Shown: positions 26,722-37,774 of the stretch, piece by piece
Layout of the letters: the number at the start of each line of letters is the position of its first letter
Position numbering within the stretch: the stretch's first letter is position 1
Assembly (NCBI GenBank): GCA_965250285.1
Contig: OZ252299.1
Location: 1,440,001 to 1,504,000, forward strand
DNA from: Myxococcota bacterium
GTDB lineage: Bacteria; Myxococcota_A; UBA9160; UBA4427
Length of the DNA: 64,000 nt
Reading direction: 5' to 3'
Made by a program: the position numbers and the translations under genes
The notes under the pieces: generated by a model
The model's database searches: none
Seen by the model: the letters and a program-made list of their open reading frames with translations, nothing else
Told to the model about the DNA's origin: nothing

Positions 26722-29400
26722 ATGACTCGACGATCTCGATGGGTGCGGCGCCTCGGCCTGGGCGCGCTCTGCATGGCCTTGGGCCTGTTCCTCTTCGCCC
26801 TGCCGGCGTCTTCGCAAGACGCGGCGCCGGCCAACGGGGGCTCCGCCGCGCCGTCCCCGGCGCCGTCTTCCGAGCCCGAGATCCTGCCCATCGCCGTCGA
26901 GCAGATCGGCGTCGAGAGCGAGAAGCAGAAGCGGCAGATCGCCGAGGCCCTGGCTTCCCAGGAGCCGACCGAGGCCATCGCGGCGGTCACGGCCGAGATC
27001 CCCGAGCGCGCGGCCGACGTCGAGCGCTTGCTAGCCGTGTCGAACGAGCTGCTCAGCCGCGACCCGAACCTCGTCGAGGTCGATCAGATCCGTCAGGAGT
27101 GGCGGGCGCTGCTCGAGCAGCTCGACGAGATGCAGGACGAGCTCGGCGAGCGTGCGTCGTACATCGGGCGCATGCGTGATTCGCTCGAGGAGAAGCGCGA
27201 GATCTGGCTGCTGACCGCCGAGGCGGCGGCCGAGGCCGGCGAAGAAGCCTCGGTGCAAAAGCAGATCTCGGCGGTCCTGGCCCAGGTCGATGCGGCCCTC
27301 GACGCAGCGAAGGCGCGGCAGGGTGAGGTCTCGTCGCTGCAGAGTGAGGTGGCGGGTCTCTCCGAGGCGGCGCGCGCCGACATCGGCCAGTTGATGAAGG
27401 TGCGGCGCACACTCGTCGGTCGCGTGTTCGAACGAGATCGGATCCCGATGTGGGAGCCCGCGTTCTTCGAGATCCTGACCTTCGAGGAAGTTCGCGACCG
27501 ACTGAAAGACCACTGGGGTCGCGAAGTCGCTGCGCTCAGCCGCTTCGCCGATCAGCATCGCGAGCGGCTGATCGTGCACTTCATCGGCACGCTGGCGCTC
27601 TGTGCCTTCACGGTCGCGGCCCGGCGTCGCATCCGGCGATTCCACGACCAGGTCGACGATGCCGACGACGATCCGGCGCTCGACCACATGGACGCCGTCT
27701 TCGAGCATCCGATCGCCCTCGCGTTCCTGCTCTCGCTGTTCGTCGGGCTGTGGGGCTACCGCGAGATCCCGCCTCTGGCTGCACCCGTCGTCGGCGCGAC
27801 GGCGCTGCTCCCGGCCGTGGTCATCCTGCGCGGTCTGGTGCCGCCGCCGGTGCGACCGGTGCTGTACGTGCTGCTCGCGCTCTACTTCATCGGTCGGCTG
27901 AACGAGGCAGTGGCGCCGCTGCCGGGGCTGCCGAGGCTCGTCTTCATCGCCGAGATGGCGGTGTTCCTCTCGCTCGTGATGTGGTGGCGACGCCCGGCTC
28001 GATTGAAGGACGTGCCCGCATCGCTGCGTGGCTCGGCTCCCTTCCGCTGGCTGGCGTTCGGTCTTCGGCTCGCCGTGTTCGCGGCGCCGGCGGCGATCCT
28101 GGCCGAGATCGCGGGGTACACCGCGCTCGCGCGTCTGCTCGGGGGCACGCTGCTCACTGCAGGCTACGCGGGCATGATGCTGTACGGATCGGTCGTCGCG
28201 ACCGACGGCCTCGTCGCCTTCCTGCTCCGCGTCCGGCCGCTGGCGATGACGGGGATGGCCCAGCGACATCGACTCCTGGTCGCTCACTACGTCGAGCGCA
28301 TCGTTCGCTGGCTCGCGGTGGGCCTCTTCGTGTGGGTGCTGCTCGTGCGGCTCGAGATCGTCGACACGGTCTGGGAGGCGATCGTCACGATCTGGGATTT
28401 CGCGATCCCGCTGATCGCGATCCAGATCACGGTCGGATCGATCATCGAGTTCATCGTGATCGTTCGGCTCACGTTCCTGGCCGCGCGCTTCATCGAGTTC
28501 ATGCTCGACGAAGAGGTCTACACCCGCGTGCGGATGGCGAAGGGACAGCCCTATGCCGTCTCGACGCTCACCCGCTACATGGTCCTCTTTGCGGGCTTCA
28601 TGCTGGCGATCTTTGCGCTCGGGATCGACGTGAATCGCTTCACGATCCTGGCCGGTGCGTTCGGCGTGGGCATCGGCTTCGGTCTCCAGACCGTCGTCAA
28701 CAACTTCGTCTCGGGGATCATTCTGCTGACGGAGCAGCCCGTTCAGGTCGGCGATACGATCGAGCTCGAGGGCGTGTTCGGCGAGGTGCAGCGGATCGGG
28801 ATCCGTTCGAGCACCGTCCGAACGTGGCAGGGCGCCGAAGTCATCGTGCCGAACGCACAGCTCGTGAGCGAGCAGGTCACGAACTGGACGCTCTCGGACG
28901 ATCGCCGCCGCATCGAAGTGCCGATCGGCGTGGCGTACGGCACCGATCCCGAGCGGGTCATCGCGATCCTCGAACAGGTCGCCTCGGGCCACGAGCACGT
29001 GCTCGTCGACCCCGCGCCGCTGGCGCTCTTCACGGCGTTCGGAGACAGCGCGCTCGAGTTCGAGCTGCGCTGCTGGACCGATTTGACCGGGCGCTACATG
29101 CAGATTCGAAGTCAGATCGCGGTCGCGGTCGATCACGCGCTCGCCGACGCCGGCATCACGATCCCGTTCCCCCAGCGCGATCTGCACATCGCGAGCGTGC
29201 GCCCGGCCGCGGTCGACGGTCTCGCGCGCTTGAGCGAGGCGCACGGGCAGGCCGACGGCGTCACGGCGGCCGACGCCGCGCGCGAGGGCGAGGGCGGGGG
29301 CGAGGGCGCCGCCGGTCGCGACGCCCCGCGGCGGTCCGCGCCGCGCGGGTCCCAGGCGCCCTCGGCCGCGTGGGACGGCGACGAGGGCGACATGGAGTGA
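26722..29400 (+). CDS. Large MscS-family (MscK-like) mechanosensitive channel
   Basis: Signal peptide, periplasmic coiled coil, many TMs, GVGIGFGLQTVVNNFVSGIILL and IPFPQRDLH. Confidence 0.95.
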   Translation: MTRRSRWVRRLGLGALCMALGLFLFALPASSQDAAPANGGSAAPSPAPSSEPEILPIAVEQIGVESEKQKRQIAEALASQEPTEAIAAVTAEIPERAADVERLLAVSNELLSRDPNLVEVDQIRQEWRALLEQLDEMQDELGERASYIGRMRDSLEEKREIWLLTAEAAAEAGEEASVQKQISAVLAQVDAALDAAKARQGEVSSLQSEVAGLSEAARADIGQLMKVRRTLVGRVFERDRIPMWEPAFFEILTFEEVRDRLKDHWGREVAALSRFADQHRERLIVHFIGTLALCAFTVAARRRIRRFHDQVDDADDDPALDHMDAVFEHPIALAFLLSLFVGLWGYREIPPLAAPVVGATALLPAVVILRGLVPPPVRPVLYVLLALYFIGRLNEAVAPLPGLPRLVFIAEMAVFLSLVMWWRRPARLKDVPASLRGSAPFRWLAFGLRLAVFAAPAAILAEIAGYTALARLLGGTLLTAGYAGMMLYGSVVATDGLVAFLLRVRPLAMTGMAQRHRLLVAHYVERIVRWLAVGLFVWVLLVRLEIVDTVWEAIVTIWDFAIPLIAIQITVGSIIEFIVIVRLTFLAARFIEFMLDEEVYTRVRMAKGQPYAVSTLTRYMVLFAGFMLAIFALGIDVNRFTILAGAFGVGIGFGLQTVVNNFVSGIILLTEQPVQVGDTIELEGVFGEVQRIGIRSSTVRTWQGAEVIVPNAQLVSEQVTNWTLSDDRRRIEVPIGVAYGTDPERVIAILEQVASGHEHVLVDPAPLALFTAFGDSALEFELRCWTDLTGRYMQIRSQIAVAVDHALADAGITIPFPQRDLHIASVRPAAVDGLARLSEAHGQADGVTAADAAREGEGGGEGAAGRDAPRRSAPRGSQAPSAAWDGDEGDME

Positions 29401-29422
29401 CGCGCCGACGCCCCGGCCCGGC

Positions 29423-29833
29423 CTAATCGCGCCGCTTCGGCTCCATGCCCGGCGCGAAACCGGCGTGCTGCGGCGCTTCGTCGCAGATCTCGTACCACGG
29501 CGCCTTCGACTCGAGGTTCAGGTGCATGGCCGGTGCGACGGTCGGTTCGTCGTCGAGCGTGGTCACGATCAGCATCGTGACGCCGGGGTGTTCTTCGGAG
29601 CGATTGAAGAGCCGGGTCCCGCAAGCTCGACAGAAGTAGCGTCCGACGTGGCGCGCGACCTGGTCTTCGCCCCGGCGAATCTCGAAGGCCGCATCGGGCA
29701 CCGGCGTCGTGGTGACGAACGCCGCGCCATGGGCCTTTCGGCAGAACCGGCAGTGGCAGTTGATCAGCAGCGCCGCCTCCGTATCGACTTCGATCTCGAC
29801 GGCATCGCAGATGCAGCGAGCAGTGCGCGGCAT
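29423..29833 (-). CDS. GFA/CENP-V family Zn-binding protein
   Basis: CIC, CHCRFCRK and FCRACG; GAGGAG RBS. Confidence 0.92.
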   Translation of the reverse strand: MPRTARCICDAVEIEVDTEAALLINCHCRFCRKAHGAAFVTTTPVPDAAFEIRRGEDQVARHVGRYFCRACGTRLFNRSEEHPGVTMLIVTTLDDEPTVAPAMHLNLESKAPWYEICDEAPQHAGFAPGMEPKRRD

Positions 29834-30062
29834 GACGGGCTCCTCCTCGGCCGATCTCTTCGCGATGAGGCGGCCGTGCGCTCGCGCTCGCCGCATCGGG
29901 GTGAGGCGGTTGCGCGTCTTCGCGTGGCCTCGCCGTGATGAGGCGACCGTGCGTTCTCGCGCGGCGCGGCGCGATCGTGCTCGACGTCGCGCTAGCATGG
30001 CAGTCTGCGAGCACGCCCGCCGCCACCGCGAGTCGGGCCTGGCGCCGAGAGGGGACCCCCGC

Positions 30063-30989
30063 GTGGCCTTCGATTACGTTGCGCTCGGACTCACACTGCT
30101 CGACGTCCTGGGGCGGCCGATCGACGCGGTGCCGGCGACGGGTGAGGTCACGCTGGTCGACGAGATTCGCCTGACGCCGGCTGGGACGGCCGCCGGGCCG
30201 GCGATCGTCGCGGCCGGCCTCGGCCTCGAGACGGCGCTGGTCGGCGCCGTCGGGCGCGACGATCTGGGCCGGATCCTCATCGAGCTGCTCGAGGATCGGG
30301 CGGTCGATCTGGGGGCGATTCAGCACGTCGACGCGCTGCGGACCTCGGCCACGATTCTCACGATCCGCAGCGACGGCGAGCGGCCGGCCTTTCATGCGCC
30401 CGGCGCCAGCCTGCTGCTCGAGCGCGACGCAGCGGTCGACCGCACGTTGGGCGGGGCGCGCTGCCTGCACGTCGGCGGGATCGGGACGCTCCCCAAGCTC
30501 GATGGGGCCCCCCTCGCTGCGCTCCTCGCCGACGCTGTGCCCGACGATGCGATCGTGACCTGTGATCTGATCTCACCCGGCCCGGGGACGGCGGCCGCGC
30601 TCGAGCCGATCCTGGAGCACCTCGATTGGTTCATGCCGACCCTCGATGAGGCGCGCGCCCTGTCGGGGCAGCACGAGCCGCTTGACGTCGCCTCCTGGTT
30701 CGGCGATCGCGGCGTGGGCGGCTGCGTCTTCAAGGCGGGCCGAGAAGGCGCATGGCTCGCGACCGATGGCGCCCTGACGAAGATTGCCGCCCGGTCCGTC
30801 GAGGTGGTCGATACCACCGGGTGCGGCGACGCGTTCTGTGCCGGCTTCGGTGCAGCGCTCGTGCGTGGCTGGGATGCCGAACGTGCCGCACACTTCGGCG
30901 CAGCGACGGCGGCGACGGTGGCCACCGGGCTCGGAACCGACGCGAACATCGTTCCCTTCGATGAGCTGGTCGCGCGCTATGCGCTTTGA
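30063..30989 (+). CDS. PfkB/ribokinase-family carbohydrate kinase
   Basis: GAVGRDDLG and VVDTTGCGDAF motifs; start GTG 30063. Confidence 0.92.
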   Translation: MAFDYVALGLTLLDVLGRPIDAVPATGEVTLVDEIRLTPAGTAAGPAIVAAGLGLETALVGAVGRDDLGRILIELLEDRAVDLGAIQHVDALRTSATILTIRSDGERPAFHAPGASLLLERDAAVDRTLGGARCLHVGGIGTLPKLDGAPLAALLADAVPDDAIVTCDLISPGPGTAAALEPILEHLDWFMPTLDEARALSGQHEPLDVASWFGDRGVGGCVFKAGREGAWLATDGALTKIAARSVEVVDTTGCGDAFCAGFGAALVRGWDAERAAHFGAATAATVATGLGTDANIVPFDELVARYAL

Positions 30990-31057
30990 TGCCGTCCGGT
31001 GCACGGGCCGCAGCGAGTTCTCCCTTCCCACTCCCCCCGACAACAAGAGGGATCGAC

Positions 31058-32290
31058 TTGACCGAGATGAGAGAGGACGGGGCGCTGCGCGAGCGAGCGT
31101 TGCGCGTGATTCCGGGCGGCATGTACGGGCACGGTCATGCAGCGATGATGCCCGAGGGCTACCCGCAGTTCTTCGCACGGGGTGAGGGCTGCCGGATCTA
31201 CGACGCCGACGACAACGAGTACATCGACTTCATGTGCGGGTATGGCCCGAACCTGCTCGGCATGGGGCATCCGAAGGTCGAGGAAGCGGCGGCGCGGCAG
31301 CGCGCGCTCGGCGACGCATTCAACGGGCCCACGGCGCGGATGGTCGAGCTCGCCGAGCTGATGGTCGATCGCGTGACGGGCGCCGACTGGGCGCTCTTCG
31401 GCAAGAACGGCACCGACGCCACGACGGGCTGTCTCACCATCGCTCGCAGTGCGACGGAGCGCCGCAAGGTGCTCGTCGCGGAGCATGCGTATCACGGAGC
31501 TGCGCCCTGGTGCACGCCCTCGTCGGCGGGCGTCGTCGATGGCGACCGCGCGCATCTGCTCTACTACGAGTACAACGACCTCGAGAGCGTCGAGCGTGCG
31601 GTGGCCGAGGCCGGGGACGACCTCGCCGGCATCCTCGTCTCGCCCTTCAAGCACGACGCCTTCGACCACCAGGAGCTCGTCGAGCCGGCGTTTGCCAAGG
31701 GCTTGCGTCGCATCTGCGACGACAAGGGCGCTGCGCTGATCCTCGATGACGTCCGGGCCGGGCTTCGCATGCACCATGGCGGCAGCTGGGATCCGCTGGG
31801 CGTGATCCCCGACCTCTCGGCGATGAGCAAGTCGATCGCGAATGGCTACGCGATCGCCGCGATTCTCGGGCGGGAGCCGTATCGCGAGGCGACGAAGCGA
31901 ATCTACATGACGGGCTCGTTCTGGTACGGCGCCGTAGCGATGGCCGCGTCGCTCGCGACCTTCGAGGTGCACCGCGAGGAGGGCGTGCTCGACCGCATCG
32001 TCGCGATGGGCGAGCGGCTGCGAGCGGGGCTCGATCAGCAGGCGACGGCCCACGGCTATGCGCTTCGACAGACCGGGCCCGCGCAGATGCCGATGGTGCT
32101 CTTCGACGAAGACCCGGCCTTCGAGAAGGTGCGCGCGTTCACCGCGCGGGCGATCGGCGAAGGGGTCTACTTTCATCCCTTCCACAACATGTTCCTGTGC
32201 GCCGCCCACGGTGAAGCCGAGATCGATCAGGCGCTGACGGGTACCGACCGGGCGTTTGCGTCGATGAAGGCCGATGGGGTCGGTGCGTGA
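31058..32290 (+). CDS. Class III aminotransferase (glutamate-1-semialdehyde aminomutase-like)
   Basis: YIDFMCGYGP, NGTDAT, YHG, ILDDV and MSKSIANG (PLP Lys); start TTG 31058 or ATG 31067. Confidence 0.9.
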   Translation: MTEMREDGALRERALRVIPGGMYGHGHAAMMPEGYPQFFARGEGCRIYDADDNEYIDFMCGYGPNLLGMGHPKVEEAAARQRALGDAFNGPTARMVELAELMVDRVTGADWALFGKNGTDATTGCLTIARSATERRKVLVAEHAYHGAAPWCTPSSAGVVDGDRAHLLYYEYNDLESVERAVAEAGDDLAGILVSPFKHDAFDHQELVEPAFAKGLRRICDDKGAALILDDVRAGLRMHHGGSWDPLGVIPDLSAMSKSIANGYAIAAILGREPYREATKRIYMTGSFWYGAVAMAASLATFEVHREEGVLDRIVAMGERLRAGLDQQATAHGYALRQTGPAQMPMVLFDEDPAFEKVRAFTARAIGEGVYFHPFHNMFLCAAHGEAEIDQALTGTDRAFASMKADGVGA

Positions 32291-32976
32291 GCATACCCCG
32301 GCCTGCCCGCCAATCGGATCCGGCCCTCGAGGTGCAGACGATCGAAGACGAAGCCGAAGTCGCAGTCGACCCGCCGTTGGGAGACGCCGAGCTCGCGGCC
32401 GCGGCGGCGCATGCGCTCGACTGGCATGGCCAGCAGATTCGCAAGGGCAGCGGCGTGCCTTACGTCAGCCATCTGCTTCAGGTGGCCGGCATGGTGCTCG
32501 AGCACGGCGGCGACGTCGCACAAGCCATCGCCGGCCTGCTGCACGATGCGCTCGAAGACGCGCCGAGCCCCGCTGAGCGGGCCGCTCGCGAACGGCTGAT
32601 CCGGGAGCGATTCGGGTCATCGACGCTCGAGCTGGTGCTCGCCTGTACCGACACCGCGCCCGACGAGAGCATCGAGGACAAGGCGCCGTGGCGTCTGCGA
32701 AAGCAGCGGCTGCTCGAGCAGCTCGACCTCGCGAGCGACCGCGCACTGCTGGTCGCCGCCTGCGACCGCTGTCACAACCTGCGCTCGCTCGTGGCCGATC
32801 TACGTCGTGATGGCGATGCGATCCTCGCGCGCTTCAACGCCGGACCGGCCGAGCAGCGCTGGCTGCAGGTCGAGTGCTTGGCGCGCTTCGAAGCGCGCGT
32901 GCCCGAAGCGCTCGCGCGCGAGTACGAGACGCTCGTCGCCGACTACGCCGTGCTGACGGCCCACCTGGCCGAATAG
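32287..32976 (+). CDS. HD-domain protein (RelA/SpoT hydrolase-like, Mesh1/SAH-like)
   Basis: QIRKGSGVPYVSH, LLHDALED and DRCHN; 4-bp overlap with the upstream gene. Confidence 0.88.
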   Translation: MSIPRPARQSDPALEVQTIEDEAEVAVDPPLGDAELAAAAAHALDWHGQQIRKGSGVPYVSHLLQVAGMVLEHGGDVAQAIAGLLHDALEDAPSPAERAARERLIRERFGSSTLELVLACTDTAPDESIEDKAPWRLRKQRLLEQLDLASDRALLVAACDRCHNLRSLVADLRRDGDAILARFNAGPAEQRWLQVECLARFEARVPEALAREYETLVADYAVLTAHLAE

Positions 32977-33246
32977 CGACTTCAACGGGGGGCGGCGCCC
33001 CGACGCAGCCACGCCGTGAGGCCCTCGTGAGGGAGGTGGCGCGGGCAACGATTCGATCGGATCGCACATGGGCTCGACGGGACGCGACCGGGTAGCGTGG
33101 GCGTCCGGTGTCGGGTGCGGTGCGTGGGGTGGCGGCGCGTGGGCCGGGTGGAGCCGCTGCCCGCTCTCGCCGCCGGCGCTGGGCCCAGCGCCAGAGGCCG
33201 ACAGACCAGATACGCGAGACGAGAATCGAGAGAGGAGAACGACCAC

Positions 33247-33603
33247 GTGGGCATCATCATCATCTCGGGTTGGGTGAGCGTGAACCCGGAGAACCGCGCC
33301 CAGGCGCTCGAAGACGCGAAGCAGTACATGGAGCAGACCCGCGCCCGAGAGGGGTGTCTCGACTACACCTGGACGGGCGACATGCTGATCCCCGATCGCA
33401 TCTACGTCTACGAACGATGGGCCAGCCAAGAGGCGCTCGAGGGCCACTTCGCGAGCCAGCCCTTCGTCGACATGCGCACCGCGATCGCGGCCCACGGCAT
33501 CACGGGACTCGACGTGCAGAAGCACCGGGTCGATCTGAGTGAGGGGGTCTACGACCCGACCGGCGTCCCTCGCGCCGACTTCTTCAGCGAGGGCGAAGGC
33601 TAG
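33247..33603 (+). CDS. Antibiotic biosynthesis monooxygenase (ABM) family protein
   Basis: TRAREGCLDY and YERWASQEALEGH; GAGGAG RBS before GTG. Confidence 0.85.
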   Translation: MGIIIISGWVSVNPENRAQALEDAKQYMEQTRAREGCLDYTWTGDMLIPDRIYVYERWASQEALEGHFASQPFVDMRTAIAAHGITGLDVQKHRVDLSEGVYDPTGVPRADFFSEGEG

Positions 33604-33624
33604 AAGGCGCTGTGCAGCGCGCGC

Positions 33625-33915
33625 TCAGCTGTGCTGGTACGTCGTGTGGCGCGGGCGCCCGCGCAGGATGTTCTCGGCGCCCCAGTTCGTGACCTTCTTG
33701 AAGGCGTCGCTCGCGACGAACGCGTCGAAGGCGTCCTCGCTCGACCACTGTGAGACGATGAGATAGCTCGGCGCCTCGTGGTCGATCTGCTTGTAGATCC
33801 GGCTCTCGCCGTGGCCGTCGATGCCCTCCATGGTCTCGACGACCTTGGCGCAGGCGTCTTCGAAGACCTGCTCCTTGCCTTCGATGACGTCGTAGTTCAT
33901 GCCGATGGTGACCAT
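33625..33915 (-). CDS. ABM family protein
   Basis: YLIVSQWSSEDAFDAFVASDAF; GGAGG RBS. Confidence 0.85.
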   Translation of the reverse strand: MVTIGMNYDVIEGKEQVFEDACAKVVETMEGIDGHGESRIYKQIDHEAPSYLIVSQWSSEDAFDAFVASDAFKKVTNWGAENILRGRPRHTTYQHS

Positions 33916-34003
33916 CTCGCCTCCAGGTGGGTTGTTCCCCTGCGCGGGGCAGGCCCACGCGGGTTGCGTGCGTGGGCGGGGCGCCGAACGTAGCGATCGC
34001 GAG

Positions 34004-34103
34004 CGCGCTGCGCTTCGGGCCGCGCGACTGGATTCAGCCGCGCTGCGCTTCGGGCCGAGCGACCGCGTTCAGCCGCGGTGCGCTTCGGGCCGAGCGACCG
34101 CGT

Positions 34104-34118
<15 letters not shown>
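34004..34118. repeat. 35-bp tandem repeat, about 3.2 copies, overlapping the stop codon of the M20 peptidase
   Basis: Unit CGCTTCGGGCCGAGCGACCGCGTTCAGCCGCGCTG starting at 34011, 34046 and 34081. Confidence 0.92.
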
Positions 34119-35543
<1,425 letters not shown>

Positions 35544-35592
35544 CGAACGTTCCTTTCTCGCTCTCGGGACCCGAACGGCGCGCCTGGTCGGC

Positions 35593-35850
35593 TCAGTCGA
35601 ACATCTTCGTGATCGTCGTGATCAGGCCGATCCATGCGCCGAGGAAGGCGCCTGCGGCGATCTGGCGCGTCAGAGGCCACGTCTCGTCGAACCAGAATGG
35701 GCCGGCGACGGCGCCGACGATCGTGCAGACCCCGATGATGGCGGTGATCCACGGGTGCTGACGCACGAAGGCCAGCGGGCCTCGAGGCGAGGGTGGAGAG
35801 GTCGATTCGGGATCGGTCGTCGGGGCGTCCGCGCGACCGGGGACGACCAT
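35593..35850 (-). CDS. Small two-TM membrane protein at the end of the cox operon (85 aa)
   Basis: ATG overlaps the upstream stop; WITAIIGVCTIVGAVAG and IAAGAFLGAWIGLI helices. Confidence 0.6.
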   Translation of the reverse strand: MVVPGRADAPTTDPESTSPPSPRGPLAFVRQHPWITAIIGVCTIVGAVAGPFWFDETWPLTRQIAAGAFLGAWIGLITTITKMFD

Positions 35851-36077
35851 CAGCTTCCGTCGCGGGCGTCGAGCGCCTTGAAGCGGCGATGAATCCAGAA
35901 GATCACCCCGCCCACGATCGCCAACGGCGAGAAGGTCATGAACGCGGTCATCGCGCGGTAGGCGATCGTCGTGTCGGCGTTGCCCGTACCAATGCAGACG
36001 CTGCACGCGAGAGCGAGGCTCGGCGTCCATAGCCACATCAGGGCCACGAGGGCCACGATACCGGGTCGAATGCTCAC
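35850..36077 (-). CDS. Small cox-associated membrane protein with ACSVC motif (75 aa)
   Basis: GTGA overlap with subunit III; signal-like N-terminus, LACSVC and a C-terminal TM. Confidence 0.7.
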   Translation of the reverse strand: MSIRPGIVALVALMWLWTPSLALACSVCIGTGNADTTIAYRAMTAFMTFSPLAIVGGVIFWIHRRFKALDARDGS

Positions 36078-36664
36078 AGATACACCCTCAGGTAGAGGAA
36101 GGGCCAGATGCCGATCACGAAGTACCAGAGCACCTGCGCGGCGCCGAAGGCGCTGGGGCCGAGCCGCCGACGCGTCAGCTCGCGGTAGCAGTACCAATTG
36201 TACGCAATGGCCCCAACGGCGTGCAGGCCATGCATGCCGACGATCAGGAAGAAGAAGCTGCCGAGCTGGCTCGACACCATCGTCAGCCCCTGGTTCAGCA
36301 GCGCGACCCACTCGGCGCCCTGAAAGACGACGAAGAAGGTGCCGAGCACGATGGAGATCAGGAAGGGCGCGCGGGCGCGGCTCGGATCCTGCCGATAGAC
36401 CCGCCCGGCGCGGTAGAGGAATACGCCGCTCACCAGCAGGGCGAGGGTCGTGAGCGCCGTCGCCTCGGCGGGCAAACGGGGCTGACCGGGCGGCGGCCAG
36501 ATGTCGGCTCCGGCCCGGGCCAGCGTGAATGCGCTGATCAGGCCGAGGAACATCATCGTCTCGGCGATGACGAACGCCAGCATGCCGAGGGTGCCGTTGT
36601 TGATCACCTGGCGGCGCTGGGGCCGCAGGTTCATCTCGAGGCCGCGAACGACGTCTTGGGCCAT
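36074..36664 (-). CDS. ctaE: Cytochrome c oxidase subunit III-like
   Basis: AETMMF, QGAEW, GMHGLH and LWYFV..IW. Confidence 0.85.
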   Translation of the reverse strand: MAQDVVRGLEMNLRPQRRQVINNGTLGMLAFVIAETMMFLGLISAFTLARAGADIWPPPGQPRLPAEATALTTLALLVSGVFLYRAGRVYRQDPSRARAPFLISIVLGTFFVVFQGAEWVALLNQGLTMVSSQLGSFFFLIVGMHGLHAVGAIAYNWYCYRELTRRRLGPSAFGAAQVLWYFVIGIWPFLYLRVYL

Positions 36665-36749
36665 GGGGGATCCTCAGGCGGGCGCGATCAGGCTGTTTCG
36701 ATGCCGCCCCCAGCGCCTCGGATGCGGGCGACCGGGGCCGTCGCGGGGC

Positions 36750-37133
36750 TCAGTGGCCGCCCACGTCGTGTCCAGATTCGAGCTTCTCGTTCCAGGCCTC
36801 TTCGCGCTCGATCCACTGCGGCTTGGTCCAGTTGGTGCCCGTATCACGCTGGATGTCGGACGCGATCGCGGAGTAGAAGAGGAACATGAACACCACGCAG
36901 GTCGTCAGCATGTAGACGATGTAGCGCTTCTCGATGTTCAGATGCATGAACCGCGCGGCCACGAGATAGGCCTTGACCACGGCGATCCCGAAAGCGGAGA
37001 TCAGCGTGATTGCGATGATGTCCGTCGCCTTGCCGATCTCGGAGCCGATGAGGCTGATCAGCATGAGCCCCATCAGGATGATGTAGGTCTTGAAGTAGCT
37101 CGGGCCGTGATGCTCTGCGTGTTCTTCGGACAT
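36750..37133 (-). CDS. Cytochrome c oxidase subunit IV family protein
   Basis: AVVKAYLVAARFMHL motif; 3 TMs. Confidence 0.88.
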   Translation of the reverse strand: MSEEHAEHHGPSYFKTYIILMGLMLISLIGSEIGKATDIIAITLISAFGIAVVKAYLVAARFMHLNIEKRYIVYMLTTCVVFMFLFYSAIASDIQRDTGTNWTKPQWIEREEAWNEKLESGHDVGGH

Positions 37134-37142
37134 GTTCTTTCC

Positions 37143-37718
37143 CTACTTCGCGATGTAGAGGAGCGGGAAGAGGAAGATCCACACCAGGTCGACGAAGTGC
37201 CAGTAGATGCCGACGTTCTCGACGCGGTGGAGATGTTCGTTGCGGGCGGCGGTCCGGGCGACCCAGACCATGATGATCGCGCCGACGACGACGTGCGAGG
37301 CGTGGATACCCGCTGCCGTGTAGTAGAACGACCAGAACGTGTTGGCGGTGATCGTGTAGCCCTTGCTGATCTCCATCGTCCACTCGCCCGACTTGATGAT
37401 CAGGAACAGGCAGGCGCCACCGATCGTGAGCCAGAGCCACTTGGCGGCCTCTTTGCCGTTGCCCTCTTCGGCGTGCTTGTGCGCCGTGACGGCGAAGAAG
37501 CTCGACGTCAGCAGCACGACGGTGTTCGTCGCGCCGATGATGACGTTCGTGTGGCCCGCGTGATCGGCCCACTCGCCGTTCGCGAGGCGGAAGAGCAGGT
37601 ACGAGACCAGAACTCCGCCGAAGATCACGATCTCCGAGCCGAGCAGCCACCAGACGGCGAGCTTGCCGGTGCCGATCCCCGTGGCACTTCGATTGGTCGC
37701 AATGGGTGTCGCGCTCAT
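37143..37718 (-). CDS. ctaE: Cytochrome c oxidase subunit III
   Basis: GSEIVIFG, GIHASHV and YWHFVDLVWIFLF. Confidence 0.93.
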   Translation of the reverse strand: MSATPIATNRSATGIGTGKLAVWWLLGSEIVIFGGVLVSYLLFRLANGEWADHAGHTNVIIGATNTVVLLTSSFFAVTAHKHAEEGNGKEAAKWLWLTIGGACLFLIIKSGEWTMEISKGYTITANTFWSFYYTAAGIHASHVVVGAIIMVWVARTAARNEHLHRVENVGIYWHFVDLVWIFLFPLLYIAK

Positions 37719-37774
37719 GTGGTCCTCTTCAAGGTCGCCTCGGCCGAGAGCTGCCAGGGCGGTCCGTCAGGTGT

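Noticed and set aside
31058..32290. Assigning hemL
   Set aside because: Family match only. The divergent motifs and the absence of haem-pathway context do not support the symbol.
32977..33246. Possible ncRNA or G-rich element between the HD and ABM genes
   Set aside because: No recognisable SRP, 6S, tRNA or riboswitch signature; the G-richness is expected at this composition.
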